Part shown: positions 32,007-40,715 of the stretch, one piece after another
Position numbering within the stretch: the first letter of the stretch is position 1
Layout of the letters: each line of letters begins with the position of its first letter
NCBI GenBank assembly: GCA_965228875.1
Contig: OZ245843.1
Location: 974,616 to 1,038,615 of the forward strand
Direction of reading: 5' to 3'
From: Thalassobaculaceae bacterium
GTDB taxonomy: Bacteria > Pseudomonadota > Alphaproteobacteria > Thalassobaculales > Thalassobaculaceae
Length of the DNA stretch: 64,000 nucleotides
The notes under the pieces: model-generated
The model's database searches: none
What the model was told of the DNA's origin: nothing
The model's input: only the letters and a program-made list of their open reading frames with translations
Position numbers and translations under genes: made by a program

Positions 32007-33734
32007 ATGCTGACACGGCGGCAGGTCACGGCGGGATTGGGGACTGGTCTGGTGGTTCCGTCGCCCGCCCTGGCGTTCGAACCTCCGGCGTTGTCGTCCG
32101 ACGACCGCCTGTTCCCGGTCGAAGCTGCCGGCGGCATGGTCGTCAGTCGGGAGGCGGTGGCAACCCGGGTCGGCGTGGACGTTCTGGCCCGGGGCGGCAA
32201 CGCCGTCGATGCGGCGGTGGCGGTCGCTTTCGCCCTTGCAGTCACTCTGCCCCAGGCCGGGAACCTCGGAGGCGGCGGCTTCGCCCTGGTCCACAGCGCC
32301 GGCGACCGTCGGACCCATGCCCTGGACTTTCGCGAGACCGCGCCGGCGGCATCCCACCGCGACCTGTTCCTCGGCGCGGACGGCGAGGTGGACGAGGCCC
32401 GGGCGCGCTACTCCCACCACGCGGTCGGCGTCCCCGGATCGGTGGCGGGCTATCTCGACCTGCTCGAGCGGTTCGGGACCTGGCCGCGGGAGCGCGCGAT
32501 GGCGCCGGCGATCCGCCTGGCGGAAGAGGGGGTGGCGGTCACCCGCACCCTGCATCGCAACATCGAGCGTCGGATGAAGCGCTTCCGGCAGTGGCCCGCG
32601 ACCATGGCGGTGATCGCCCGCGCCGACGGTACCGCCCTGCGACCGGGCGACCGGCTGCGCCAGCCCGATCTCGCCGGCAGCCTGCGCCGGATCGCGGGCG
32701 AGGGCGCCGACGCGTTCTATCGGGGGCCGGTCGGCGCCCTGATCGCCGCCGAGATGGCCCGCCAAGGCGGGCCGATGACCGAGGCCGATCTCGCCGCCTA
32801 TCGGACGGTCTGGCGCGATCCGGTTCTCGGTACCTATCGCGGCCTCCAGGTCGCCTCGATGCCGCCGCCAAGCTCGGGCGGAGCCCATCTGGTGCAGATT
32901 CTGAACATCCTTGAGGGCTGGGAGCTCGCGACCCTCGGCCACAACTCGGCCGCCAGCCTGCACCGCACGGTCGAGGCGATGCGCCGGGCGTATGCCGACC
33001 GGGCGGTGCATCTGGGCGATCCGGGGTTCTGGGAGGTGCCGCTCGCCTGGCTGACATCGAAGCCCTATGCGGCGGCGCTTCGCGCGGACATCTATCCCGG
33101 CCGGGCGACGCCGTCCGCCGAGGTACGGGCGGGGACGCCGAAGCCGGAGGGGGCCAACACCACCCACCTGTCGGTGATGGATCGCTTCGGCAATGCCGTG
33201 TCGCTGACGACGACGCTCAACTTCGGTTTCGGCACCGGTATCGTCGCCGAGGGCACGGGGATCTTTCTCAACAACGAGATGGATGACTTCTCGGCCAAGC
33301 CGGGCACGCCGAACGCCTACGGCCTGGTCGGCGGCGAGGCCAACGCGATCGAGGCGGGCAAGCGGCCGCTGTCGTCGATGACGCCGACCCTTCTGCTTGC
33401 CGATGGCCGGGTGCTCGGCGCATTGGGCAGTCCGGGTGGCAGTCGGATCATCACGACGGTGCTGCAGGTGATCGTGAATATGGTCGACCACGGCATGAAC
33501 CTGGCGGAAGCGACGGCGGCGCCGCGCGTCCATCACCAGTGGCTGCCGGACCGGATCTGGGTGGAGGAGGGGGTGTCCTCGGATACCCGGGATCTGCTGC
33601 GGGGCCTGGGGCACCGGGTCGATGTCGGGCGGGCGTTCGGCGCGGCCCAGTCGGCGGTCGCTGCCGGTGACGGATTCCGGGGCGTCAGCGACCCGCGACG
33701 ACCCGGCGGGCTGGCGGCGGGTCCGGAGGTGTGA
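32007..33734 (+). CDS. ggt: Gamma-glutamyltransferase with Tat signal
   Basis: MLTRRQ..ALA signal; GGNAVDAAVA, DFRETAP, NTTHLS (Thr nucleophile), LNNEMDDF, RPLSSM, GSPGGSRI. Confidence 0.94.
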   Translation: MLTRRQVTAGLGTGLVVPSPALAFEPPALSSDDRLFPVEAAGGMVVSREAVATRVGVDVLARGGNAVDAAVAVAFALAVTLPQAGNLGGGGFALVHSAGDRRTHALDFRETAPAASHRDLFLGADGEVDEARARYSHHAVGVPGSVAGYLDLLERFGTWPRERAMAPAIRLAEEGVAVTRTLHRNIERRMKRFRQWPATMAVIARADGTALRPGDRLRQPDLAGSLRRIAGEGADAFYRGPVGALIAAEMARQGGPMTEADLAAYRTVWRDPVLGTYRGLQVASMPPPSSGGAHLVQILNILEGWELATLGHNSAASLHRTVEAMRRAYADRAVHLGDPGFWEVPLAWLTSKPYAAALRADIYPGRATPSAEVRAGTPKPEGANTTHLSVMDRFGNAVSLTTTLNFGFGTGIVAEGTGIFLNNEMDDFSAKPGTPNAYGLVGGEANAIEAGKRPLSSMTPTLLLADGRVLGALGSPGGSRIITTVLQVIVNMVDHGMNLAEATAAPRVHHQWLPDRIWVEEGVSSDTRDLLRGLGHRVDVGRAFGAAQSAVAAGDGFRGVSDPRRPGGLAAGPEV

Positions 33735-33743
33735 CCCGGGCGT

Positions 33744-33926
33744 TCAGTTGGCCAGGTTGGTGTTGTCGTTCAGGAACGCTTCGAGATCGTCGGGGGCGAT
33801 GCGCCACTCCTTGCCGAGCTTGATCGCACGGATCCGCTTGTCGCGGATCCACGACCGAACGGTGGCCTCCTGAACCTGCAGCATGGTTGCCGTGTCGTGC
33901 ACCGTGAGAAGGGGACGATTCAGCAT
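33744..33926 (-). CDS. Small excisionase/BldC-like (MerR-fold) HTH DNA-binding protein, 60 aa
   Basis: LLTVHDTA.ML.V...TVRSWI....IRAIKLG.EWRI...DL..FL, an HTH_17/Xis-like pattern. Confidence 0.85.
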   Translation of the reverse strand: MLNRPLLTVHDTATMLQVQEATVRSWIRDKRIRAIKLGKEWRIAPDDLEAFLNDNTNLAN

Positions 33927-33954
33927 GACGGCGCTTCTACCTATCATCAGTGTG

Positions 33955-34013
33955 GATTTTAGACGTTTTCGAACGTTTCCGCGTCAGTATAGGGGATGCG
34001 GGGTGGACGGCAA
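33955..34013 (-). promoter_or_regulatory. Promoter of the HTH gene with phased AAACG repeats downstream of the -10
   Basis: Minus-strand TTGCCG-N16-TATACT followed by gAAACGttcg/aAAACGtcta/aAATCC. Confidence 0.55.
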
Positions 34014-34114
34014 CCGGAATGAACCGGACGGTTGCGGTGGCGGACGAGTTGTTCGGTCAATAATCATCGGGCCGTCGGTCGGCCCACGTTCGATGTGGGG
34101 AGGGCCTGGAAGGC

Positions 34115-34780
34115 TCAGGCCCGGCGGACGCGCTCCGTCAGTCTCAAGGTGATGCACGCGGCGATCCGGCCGGCCTCGTCCGCCATCGTCTCCACCAGGG
34201 TCCGGTCCAGATGATCGACGCTGCGCCGCACCCGCTCGGCGATCGTCCGTCCGGGAGAGTCGGCGACCTCCGCCGCCCGGTCGACGAGATCCAGGACCCG
34301 GGCCTGTACCCTTGCCAGGCGCGTGGGGTTGGCGGCGAGCCACCGGGTCACCTGTCGGCGTACCGCCTCGAGCGACGGATCCTCCAGCAGGAACCGGCGG
34401 GTTCGCGCGCCCTGGGGATCCGGACCGGTGCGGGCGATCAGCTCGACTGCGATCCAGGCGAACCACCAGCGCCACGGGTCGGCCCGCAACTCCCCGTCGT
34501 CGTAGACATCCTGCATATAGTGCAGCGTGACCATCGGGGCGTCGGGTTTGAGCCGGACGAGTTGCGGCGGCAGGGCGGTGACGGCCAGGGCGCGCAGCGC
34601 CTTGTCGTGGCCGCGATCGCCAGACTTGGCAGGTAGAATTCCCACCCGTCGCTGCTCGGCCTCGATGTCTCGGATCTCGAACCAGTGCCGCAGCGCCATC
34701 GCCACGCCGCGGATCTGATCGTCATGGGGAACCGGTGCGTCCAACTCGGTCTCCGCATCGCCCGCGACGCCGGCGGGCAC
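34115..34780 (-). CDS. Hypothetical protein
   Basis: 221-aa ORF with host-like GC3-rich codons filling the gap; no recognised motif; start uncertain. Confidence 0.6.
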   Translation of the reverse strand: MPAGVAGDAETELDAPVPHDDQIRGVAMALRHWFEIRDIEAEQRRVGILPAKSGDRGHDKALRALAVTALPPQLVRLKPDAPMVTLHYMQDVYDDGELRADPWRWWFAWIAVELIARTGPDPQGARTRRFLLEDPSLEAVRRQVTRWLAANPTRLARVQARVLDLVDRAAEVADSPGRTIAERVRRSVDHLDRTLVETMADEAGRIAACITLRLTERVRRA

Positions 34781-34907
34781 GCTAACTGCCTTGCTAAATC
34801 CTACGTCCGAAAGGTACCTTTCCGCGACCGCTTGGGAGAGGCGATCGGCACAAGACTACAGCAGGCCGATGCAAGTCGGAGACGCATAAGGTTGCGGGGG
34901 ACCAGTC

Positions 34908-36383
34908 ATGACCGATGAGTCCGTTGGTTGGACGGACAGGACGGTGCGAAAGATCAGGAGGCTCCTGCCCGAGCGCCAGATCATCATCCGTACCGAGGGC
35001 GAGACCAGTTATCTGCGGTTGAGCACCGCGGTCCAGCTGACGGCGATCGTCGCCTGGATCGGCATCGCCGGCTGGGTGGGCTTCACCACGGTGGCGTTCG
35101 AGAATCAGAAGGAGATCATCGCCGAGAAGGCCGATGCCATCTCCCGGTCGCGGCAGGCCTATCGCAAGCTGCTGGATCAGGTATCCGACTACCAGCTGTC
35201 GATCGTCGGCATCACGCGCGATCTGAAGGAGACCGAAGCGCATCTGCGCGGTCTGTTCAGCCAGAACGAGGAACTGAAGCAGGACCTGACCTCGACCGAG
35301 GTTGCGCTGCGTACCTCCGAGGCGGAGCGCACCCGGATCGCCACGGCGCGCAAGCAGATGAACGATCAGCTCGAATTGTTCGGTTCGGAGCTGCGTCAGA
35401 TCACCGGCAAGAACAACGCGCTCGAGGCGCATATCGGCACGTTGCGCCAGCACCTGGCCGTGGTTGAGGCGGAAAAGGCCGAGATCGCCGCTGAGCGGGC
35501 CGCGCTGGACGACCGCCTGTGGGCCCTGCACAACGAACTGGAGGCGTCGAACGCCAAGGTCGCCCTGCTCGAGAGCAACGTCCGGGCGCTGAAGACCGAC
35601 CTGCGGACCGTGATTCTGGAGCGCAGCGCCGTCGCCGTCGACAACGACACGCTGCGGGCTCAGGTGGTCGACCTCGAGGCGACCCTTGAGGCCGAACGCG
35701 ATTCCCACCGCCGCGAGCTGCGGGTGATCTCCGAGCGGACCCACGGCCAGATCGCCCGGGTCGAGGACGTGATCCGGCGCACCGGCCTGAAGCTCGACCG
35801 GGTCGTTCCCCTGCCGGCTGAGGAGGCCACGGGCAAGGGGGGGCCGTTTCAGGCGCTGTCTCCCGACATGAACCTGAGCGACGAGGACGACGCCCTGCGG
35901 ATCGAACTCGACCGCCGGATCGATCGTTGGCAGCAGGTCGTCGACGTGTACGCGTCCCTGCCGCTCGCCAAGCCCCTGGAGCGGTACTACATCACAAGCT
36001 ATTTCGGGCGCCGCAAGGACCCGATCAACGGCCGCTATGCGATGCATTACGGTGTCGATATGGCCGGCCCGTACAAGCAGAAGGTGCTGGCCACCGCACC
36101 CGGCGTGGTGTCCTTCGCCGGGCGTCGCACCGCCTACGGGCGAGTCGTGGACGTCGATCACGGACATGGGCTGGTGACGCGCTACGCCCATCTCGCTAAG
36201 ATCAAGGTTAAGAAGGGTCAGCGTGTGGATCTCGGTGAGACGATCGCCCTGCTCGGGTCGAGCGGGCGGAGCACCGGGCCGCATGTGCACTATGAAGTGC
36301 GCTACAATGATAAGCCGATCAACCCGTCCAAGTTCATGAAAGCGGGCACCCATGTTCAGCAGCAAGCAGAAAACGCCGAGTAA
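34908..36383 (+). CDS. Membrane-anchored coiled-coil M23 family peptidase (DUF5930/LmdC-like)
   Basis: N-terminal TM, long coiled coil, HYGVD, TRYAHL, GRSTGPHVHYEV. Confidence 0.92.
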   Translation: MTDESVGWTDRTVRKIRRLLPERQIIIRTEGETSYLRLSTAVQLTAIVAWIGIAGWVGFTTVAFENQKEIIAEKADAISRSRQAYRKLLDQVSDYQLSIVGITRDLKETEAHLRGLFSQNEELKQDLTSTEVALRTSEAERTRIATARKQMNDQLELFGSELRQITGKNNALEAHIGTLRQHLAVVEAEKAEIAAERAALDDRLWALHNELEASNAKVALLESNVRALKTDLRTVILERSAVAVDNDTLRAQVVDLEATLEAERDSHRRELRVISERTHGQIARVEDVIRRTGLKLDRVVPLPAEEATGKGGPFQALSPDMNLSDEDDALRIELDRRIDRWQQVVDVYASLPLAKPLERYYITSYFGRRKDPINGRYAMHYGVDMAGPYKQKVLATAPGVVSFAGRRTAYGRVVDVDHGHGLVTRYAHLAKIKVKKGQRVDLGETIALLGSSGRSTGPHVHYEVRYNDKPINPSKFMKAGTHVQQQAENAE

Positions 36384-36858
36384 GCCGGAGGTCGGCAGCG
36401 CGCCGAAGGCGCCGGCCGCTCCGTCGATCATCAGTTCGGACCTGACCATCAGCGGCAATCTGAACAGCGACGGCGATGTTCAGGTCGACGGCACGATCGA
36501 GGGCGACATCATTTCCAACAAGCTGACGGTCTCGTCGTCGGCGACGGTTCGCGGCGCCATCGAGTGCGACACGGTTGTGATCGCCGGCCATGTCACCGGC
36601 CAGATCAAGGCCCGGCACGTCACCCTGGCGAAGACCGCGCGGGTCATCGCCGACGTGATCCAGGAGCGCCTGTCGATCGAGCCCGGCGCCTTCTTCGAGG
36701 GCAATTGCCGTCACTTCCCTTCGGAGGGCGAGAAGAAGGCCCTGCCGAAGCTGGAACCGGTCAAGCCGGCCGTCGCTCGGCGCGACGGGGAGGATCTGGG
36801 CCTGTCCGCCGGCAAACCCGGCAACGGCGCCGCCGTGGCGGCCGAGGCGACCTCCTGA
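36352..36858 (+). CDS. Bactofilin (polymer-forming cytoskeletal protein)
   Basis: MFS start, SIIS.DL.I.GN, VDG.IEGDI beta-helix, IEPGAFFEG. Confidence 0.93.
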   Translation: MFSSKQKTPSKPEVGSAPKAPAAPSIISSDLTISGNLNSDGDVQVDGTIEGDIISNKLTVSSSATVRGAIECDTVVIAGHVTGQIKARHVTLAKTARVIADVIQERLSIEPGAFFEGNCRHFPSEGEKKALPKLEPVKPAVARRDGEDLGLSAGKPGNGAAVAAEATS

Positions 36859-36865
36859 GACCCGG

Positions 36866-37279
36866 TCAGTCGCGCGACGGCTGACTGTATTCGCTGGCGG
36901 CGAGAAATCGCGGATTGGAGAGGTTCAGCCGTTCGCGGACCTGGGTGGTCAGCACGGTGTGGATCGGGCCGAGCAGGTCGGCGTCGTGCTCGCCGGACCT
37001 GATTTGCTGCGCCAGGTCCCGGCTGAGGGCCGCGATCCGGGTTTCCGCATCCGCGCCACTGCGGTGGACATTGTCCTGGCCGTAGAGATCGGCATAGGCG
37101 TCCAGTATGCGTCGCGCGGCGTCGTCGCCCCCCTCGATTTCCCGCCGCGCCGTGGCGATCGCCGCCGCCACCATGGCGCCGGCATACTTCGCCGGTCCGC
37201 TCAGGTTCGGCAGAACCTCCTCGCGCAGCGTCTCCTCGGCGGCGGCGAGCAGATCGCCCCGGTTCGGCCGATCGCTCAT
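36866..37279 (-). CDS. LvaB-like small protein (DUF6285)
   Basis: P...DLL..A...LREEVLP.L....KY...MVA.AIA.A.RE and LSNPRF; overlaps the kinase stop. Confidence 0.7.
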   Translation of the reverse strand: MSDRPNRGDLLAAAEETLREEVLPNLSGPAKYAGAMVAAAIATARREIEGGDDAARRILDAYADLYGQDNVHRSGADAETRIAALSRDLAQQIRSGEHDADLLGPIHTVLTTQVRERLNLSNPRFLAASEYSQPSRD

Positions 37280-38304
37280 CGGGCTTCCTCCTCGATCCGT
37301 CGGATCTGGGTGAGCACGTCGTACTCCATCTCCACCGCCTTGCGCCCGGTCAGTGCCAGTTCCATCGACGTCTCCTCGCCGGAGAGATGCCGTTCGCCCT
37401 GGTGCAGGGCGATGATCGCCCACCGCACCGTGGCCAGGATCTCCCAGTAGCCGACACGCTCCCAGGCCAGACCGTGGCCCGCCTCGCTCTCATAGCCACG
37501 CCGGAACGCCGCCAGGTCCCCGATCCCGCCGACCTGGCGCTCATCGGCGCCGAACCGCCAGCATCGGGCGCAGATCCAGCCGACATCCTCCATCGGGTCC
37601 GACCAGTCCGCGAACTCCCAGTCCAGGACCGCCGTAACCTCGGGTCCGTCGGCCATGATGTTGCCGCAACGGAAGTCCCCGTGGCCCAGGACCGATGCGG
37701 CGCTTTCCGGCGCGTTCAGTTCGAGCCAGCGGATTCCCCATTCCAGGGCGGGATAGGCATCCGGCAGCGCGTCGAGCTGCGCGCGGAATTCGTCGAGCCT
37801 GCGGGCGATCGGCGGGCGGGAATCGCGTGTCAGAAACGTCAGATCGGCGCGCGGCGGGGCGATCGAGTGAATGCGGGCAAGTTCCCGGCCGATCGCCTCC
37901 GTCAGGGCTGACCGGTGCGGGTCCAGCGTGACGTCACGCGTCAGAACCCGTGGGTTGGCCGTCCCGGCCGCGCGGCGCATCAGGTAGAAGGGCTTGCCGA
38001 TCACCGAGCCATCGGCGTCGAGGGCGAGCGGTTCCGGGACGGTAGCGCCGGCGTCGAACGCCGCCCGCAGCAGGGCGAATTCGTGAGCGCGGGGATGGCT
38101 GACGGAGACGCCGGACGGCGCGTCGGTCCGGAGAACCAGCGCCAGTGTCCCCGCGAGGGGGCCGCCGTCGACTTCGGCATCGAGTTTCCAGTTCTCCTGG
38201 ATCGCGCCGCCGGACATCTTCGCCGGCGGGGCGAGACGGACGCCGTCGGCGGCAACCCGGACCATCATCCAGTCCGCCAGGCGTTCGAGCTGTTCAGGCG
38301 TCAT
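37276..38304 (-). CDS. APH-family phosphotransferase (LvaA/ACAD10 kinase-like)
   Basis: SGGAIQENW, VLRTD, HGDFRCGN, LDWEFA, DPMEDVGW. Confidence 0.88.
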   Translation of the reverse strand: MTPEQLERLADWMMVRVAADGVRLAPPAKMSGGAIQENWKLDAEVDGGPLAGTLALVLRTDAPSGVSVSHPRAHEFALLRAAFDAGATVPEPLALDADGSVIGKPFYLMRRAAGTANPRVLTRDVTLDPHRSALTEAIGRELARIHSIAPPRADLTFLTRDSRPPIARRLDEFRAQLDALPDAYPALEWGIRWLELNAPESAASVLGHGDFRCGNIMADGPEVTAVLDWEFADWSDPMEDVGWICARCWRFGADERQVGGIGDLAAFRRGYESEAGHGLAWERVGYWEILATVRWAIIALHQGERHLSGEETSMELALTGRKAVEMEYDVLTQIRRIEEEAR

Positions 38305-38469
38305 CGGCTGTCGTCGCCGGGTCGGGGCGCCTGAGGTGGCGGGTCGGAATGACGTCCATCGGGGCTCGCTCGAACGGTGGGTCCGTGGGTAGGATGCGGC
38401 GCCAACCTTACCGGCCTCGCCTCCGGGCGACTAGGCCACCCCGTACAGCGTATGAAAGGGAACAACGCG

Positions 38470-38826
38470 ATGAGCATTCAGCGATTCCAGTCCGGTCAGC
38501 GGATGAGCCAGGCCGTGGTTCACAACGGCACCGTCTACCTTGCCGGTCAGGTCGCCCAGGACAAGCCGGGCGCCAGCGTGGCCGAGCAGACCACGAACAT
38601 CCTGGAGAGGATCGACGGCCTTCTGGCGGAGGCGGGATCCGACCGGTCGAACATGCTGTCGGCGACCATCTGGCTCAACAGCATGGACGATTTCGAGGAG
38701 ATGAACGGCGTCTGGGACGCCTGGGTGCCGGAAGGCGCGGCGCCGGCACGCGCTTGTGTGGAGTCGCCGCGGCTCGCGCGGCCGGTCTTCACCGTCGAGA
38801 TCGGCGTTATCGCGGCAGTGAAGTAA
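38470..38826 (+). CDS. RidA family protein (YoaB-like)
   Basis: RMSQAV.HNG.VYLAGQV, MN.VWDAW, PARACV, VEI. Confidence 0.92.
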   Translation: MSIQRFQSGQRMSQAVVHNGTVYLAGQVAQDKPGASVAEQTTNILERIDGLLAEAGSDRSNMLSATIWLNSMDDFEEMNGVWDAWVPEGAAPARACVESPRLARPVFTVEIGVIAAVK

Positions 38827-39355
38827 GCCCTCGCTGGCGCATCAGCCAGGCCTCCTGTTCCGGCGTTTCGATGGCGCCGGGACGGGCGGTGCGGACTAGG
38901 CCGATCGCCGCATCCGGCGACAGGCCGCCCGCCATCAGCAGCGCCGCGGCGATGGTGCCGCTGCGCCCGCGGCCGCCGCGACAGTGGGTCAGGACCCTGC
39001 CGCCAGCGTCGAGGAGTTCCAGCGCGCGGCGGCGATACGCCGGCCAGGCGCTTTCGAAGTCGATGCCGGGACTCTGGTAATCGGCGATCGGCGCGCGGAT
39101 ACAGTCGAGACCGGCGTCGGCAAACAGTCGGTCCAGGGGGCCGGCCCCGGCCTGTGCGGCCTCCGCGTCCTCGACCAGGGACAGCACCAGCGAGGCGTCC
39201 CAGGCGCGGATGTGGGCGACATCGCGTGCGCTACGGGGCAGGGGACCCAGGGCGAGACGGCCCGGCCAGGGGCCGCCCGCTATTTCGGCGATCGCGTAGG
39301 TCAGGCGACCTCTCGGATGAAGCGGGTGATCTCCGGAAGGATGTTCTCCCGCCAC
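38807..39355 (-). CDS. Dual-specificity/tyrosine phosphatase (CDKN3-like)
   Basis: [10 protein letters not shown] (CX5R), PIAD, RPGAIET..Q; start uncertain (39355, or about 39304). Confidence 0.85.
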   Translation of the reverse strand: MAGEHPSGDHPLHPRGRLTYAIAEIAGGPWPGRLALGPLPRSARDVAHIRAWDASLVLSLVEDAEAAQAGAGPLDRLFADAGLDCIRAPIADYQSPGIDFESAWPAYRRRALELLDAGGRVLTHCRGGRGRSGTIAAALLMAGGLSPDAAIGLVRTARPGAIETPEQEAWLMRQRGLTSLPR

Positions 39356-40518
39356 TTGCGGCCGTTGAAGATGCCGTAGTGTCCGACCGCCTTCTCCAGG
39401 TGGTTCTTGCGCCGGGATTCCGGGATGTTCACCGTCATGTCATGGGCGGCGAGGGTCTGGCCGGGGGCGGAAATGTCGTCCTTCTCGCCCTCGACGGTCA
39501 GCATCGCCGTCCGGCTGATCGCCGCCGGCCGCACCGGATGGCCGCGCCACTCCATGACGCCGCGGGGCAACTGGCGCTCCTTGAATACCCGCTGAACGGT
39601 CTCGAGGTAGTATTCCGCCGGCACGTCCATCACCGACAGGTACTCGTCGTAGAACCGCTGTTTGCCCTCGGCCGATTCGCCGTCGCCCTCGACCAGGTGG
39701 CGGAACATCGCCAGATGAGCCGAGACATGGCGGTCGGGATTCATGGCGATGAACGCGCCGACCTGCATGAAGCCGGGATAGACCCGGCGGAACGCGCCCG
39801 GATAGTACACCGGTACGCGGGTGATGCAGCGGGTCTCGAACCAGCTCATCGGCCGGGCATCGGCGAGTTCGGTGACCACGGTCGGGGCCGCGTGCGGGTC
39901 GATTGGGCCGCCCATCAGCGTCATCGAGGCCGGTTGCATCGGGTCGTCCATGTCGGCCAGCAGCGCCACCGTGGCCAACGTGATCGGCGCCGGCTGACAG
40001 ACCGCGATGACATGGAGATCGGGGCCCAGATGGCGCATGAAGTCCATCAGCATCTCGATATAGTCGTCGAGATGGAAGAAGCCCTGGCTCAGCGGTACCG
40101 CCCGGGAATCCTTCCAGTCGGTCACGTAGACGTCATGCTCCTGGATGAGACCGCGGACGGTCCCACGCAGCAGCGTGGCGTAGTGCCCGGAGAGCGGGGC
40201 GACCAGCAGCACCTTGGGGTCCTGGCGCTTGGTCTCGCGCTCGACGTGGACGAGATCGCAGAACGGCGTCTCGAGCACCGGCCTGAAGGTGACCGGTACC
40301 GGTCCGTCCGGCGTCTCGGCGGCATCGATCTCCCAGTCCGGCTTTCCCCGGTCCTTGATGACGCCGTCCAGAACCTCCATGCCGGCTTCCATCGCCTTGC
40401 CGAAGGTCATGTAGGAGAAGGGAGCCAGGGGATGGCCGTTGAGGGCCTTCGACGCCTGGGTCAGGTAGCGCATCGGCGCCATCAGAGCGCGTTGCGCTTC
40501 GTACATCGAGTAGAGCAA
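39301..40518 (-). CDS. phaZ: Intracellular polyhydroxyalkanoate depolymerase
   Basis: APLSGHYATLLR, YVTDW, AVCQ (catalytic Cys), GGPID, VEGEKDDIS, GHYGIFNG; TTG start after GAGGGA. Confidence 0.93.
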   Translation of the reverse strand: MLYSMYEAQRALMAPMRYLTQASKALNGHPLAPFSYMTFGKAMEAGMEVLDGVIKDRGKPDWEIDAAETPDGPVPVTFRPVLETPFCDLVHVERETKRQDPKVLLVAPLSGHYATLLRGTVRGLIQEHDVYVTDWKDSRAVPLSQGFFHLDDYIEMLMDFMRHLGPDLHVIAVCQPAPITLATVALLADMDDPMQPASMTLMGGPIDPHAAPTVVTELADARPMSWFETRCITRVPVYYPGAFRRVYPGFMQVGAFIAMNPDRHVSAHLAMFRHLVEGDGESAEGKQRFYDEYLSVMDVPAEYYLETVQRVFKERQLPRGVMEWRGHPVRPAAISRTAMLTVEGEKDDISAPGQTLAAHDMTVNIPESRRKNHLEKAVGHYGIFNGRKWRENILPEITRFIREVA

Positions 40519-40715
40519 TCCGATCCCTCGAGTATGTTGTCGGTTTCGCAACTGCGAAAAGGGCCGAAAGGAGACCGTCAAACCGCCTGCGACGCAAGCC
40601 TTAATATCTCGAAATCACTTATGGTCTCTTAACGAAAACGTTAATTGCCGGTGTTTCCTCCCGCCGCTTCACTGCATTCAGTTGAACGCGAAGACTGATT
40701 CTGTGGTTCAGAAGG

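Noticed and set aside
33744..33926. Excisionase as evidence of a prophage or integrative element
   Set aside because: No integrase, tRNA, att pair or phage genes are in the window; better read as a stand-alone regulator
34010..34110. Several short hairpins suggesting a riboswitch or ncRNA
   Set aside because: They lie upstream of the predicted promoter, match no aptamer consensus I recognise, and short GC stems arise easily by chance
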